From: Carcharhinus longimanus
Lineage: Eukaryota
NCBI GenBank assembly: GCA_030264375.1
Contig: JASCQW010000137.1
Coordinates: forward strand, 22,324,920-22,388,919
Direction: 5' to 3'
DNA length: 64,000 nucleotides
Shown here piece by piece: positions 63,191-64,000 of the stretch. Within the stretch, counting starts at the first letter, position 1. Every line of letters begins with the position of its first letter. The position numbers and the translations under genes are program-made. The notes below the pieces were generated by a model. It saw only the letters and a list, made by a program, of their open reading frames with translations, searched no databases and was not told where the DNA came from.

Positions 63191-64000
63191 ATATCCTTAC
63201 CTTCTTACCTTCACCTTTGAGAGGTTTCTAAAATACTGACAATGGATTTGATTTTTAAGTTATTTTGTTTGCACATATTAAGAATCAGCTTGATCTTTTT
63301 TTGTTTCTGTCTGTGCCATAGTAGTCATTTTCATACAGAGATAGAAATATATTGTTGGAAGACTTGATGCAAACATGGACTGCATTGAGACCTCCACTTA
63401 TTCCTGGTTCACCTGCTATGTTTGGCTCCTAAATTAGGTGCTAATTTAACAAAAATAAATTCTTACAATTCAATGTTTATTGAAGATAAGATTCCATTTG
63501 TAAATGTTTCTTGATTTTCTTCATGGATCACCAGAGTCTATGAACTAACATTGCCAAGAACATTCTTCTTCCAATAATCTGATGCAACGTTACATAGATA
63601 ATGGTGTCCAGTGGAAAATGTTCCTTTTCTGCACTCAGTAGCTTCCATATTGCTTCTGCTAAAATTAGGGAGTTGAAGTAAATGATTATAGGCATAAGCC
63701 CACATTCCAGAACTCTACAGTTATAGAGCCATAGAGTTTTACAGCACAGAAAGAGGCCATTTGACACATTGTGTAGTGCCAGCCATCAAGCATTTATTGA
63801 CAGCATTGATCAGAGAGCTGTCAATCAAGCACTATGTAGTCTTTGTTGCGAGCCAAGAAATTAATGAACCTGTTGAAGCACCTGAGGGTTAGGAAAAACA
63901 ATGTTTGATTGACAACTCTGGCTTTCTGATCTATGTGTCAATTTCTCATTGCTTATTTACATAAGATAAAGGGTTTTCAAGTACTTGCCATTTCTGCCAT

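Noticed and set aside
1-64000. CRISPR arrays, operons and prokaryotic defence systems
   Set aside because: The sequence is vertebrate repeat-rich DNA. No regularly spaced repeat-spacer array or gene-dense region was seen.

Overview
This is eukaryotic, AT-rich vertebrate genomic DNA with scaffold gaps. The repeat families point to a cartilaginous fish, probably a shark (inference from HE1-type V-SINEs, HER1/CR1 LINE tails and a Deu-domain SINE). I could not identify any intact protein-coding gene. The ORF track is almost entirely noise, transposon relics or N-runs, so the window looks like a long intron or intergenic region. It is densely populated with mobile elements: 7 HE1-type tRNA SINEs, more than 15 CR1 fragments (two with their bodies hidden in gaps), L2 and Rex1/Babar fragments, Penelope-like pieces (a GIY-YIG relic and terminal repeats), PIF/Harbinger transposase relics with many derived MITEs, a pogo-like MITE and LTR-like remnants. 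The most notable observation is a 91-bp insertion (1565-1655) flanked by an exact 7-bp duplication. It consists almost only of a structurally intact minimal (dimer-type) hammerhead ribozyme plus a short tail, and a decayed sister copy lies at about 10.7 kb. Several small splice-site-flanked exon candidates suggest a possible plus-strand host gene, but none could be assigned. Repeat boundaries were read by eye and are approximate.
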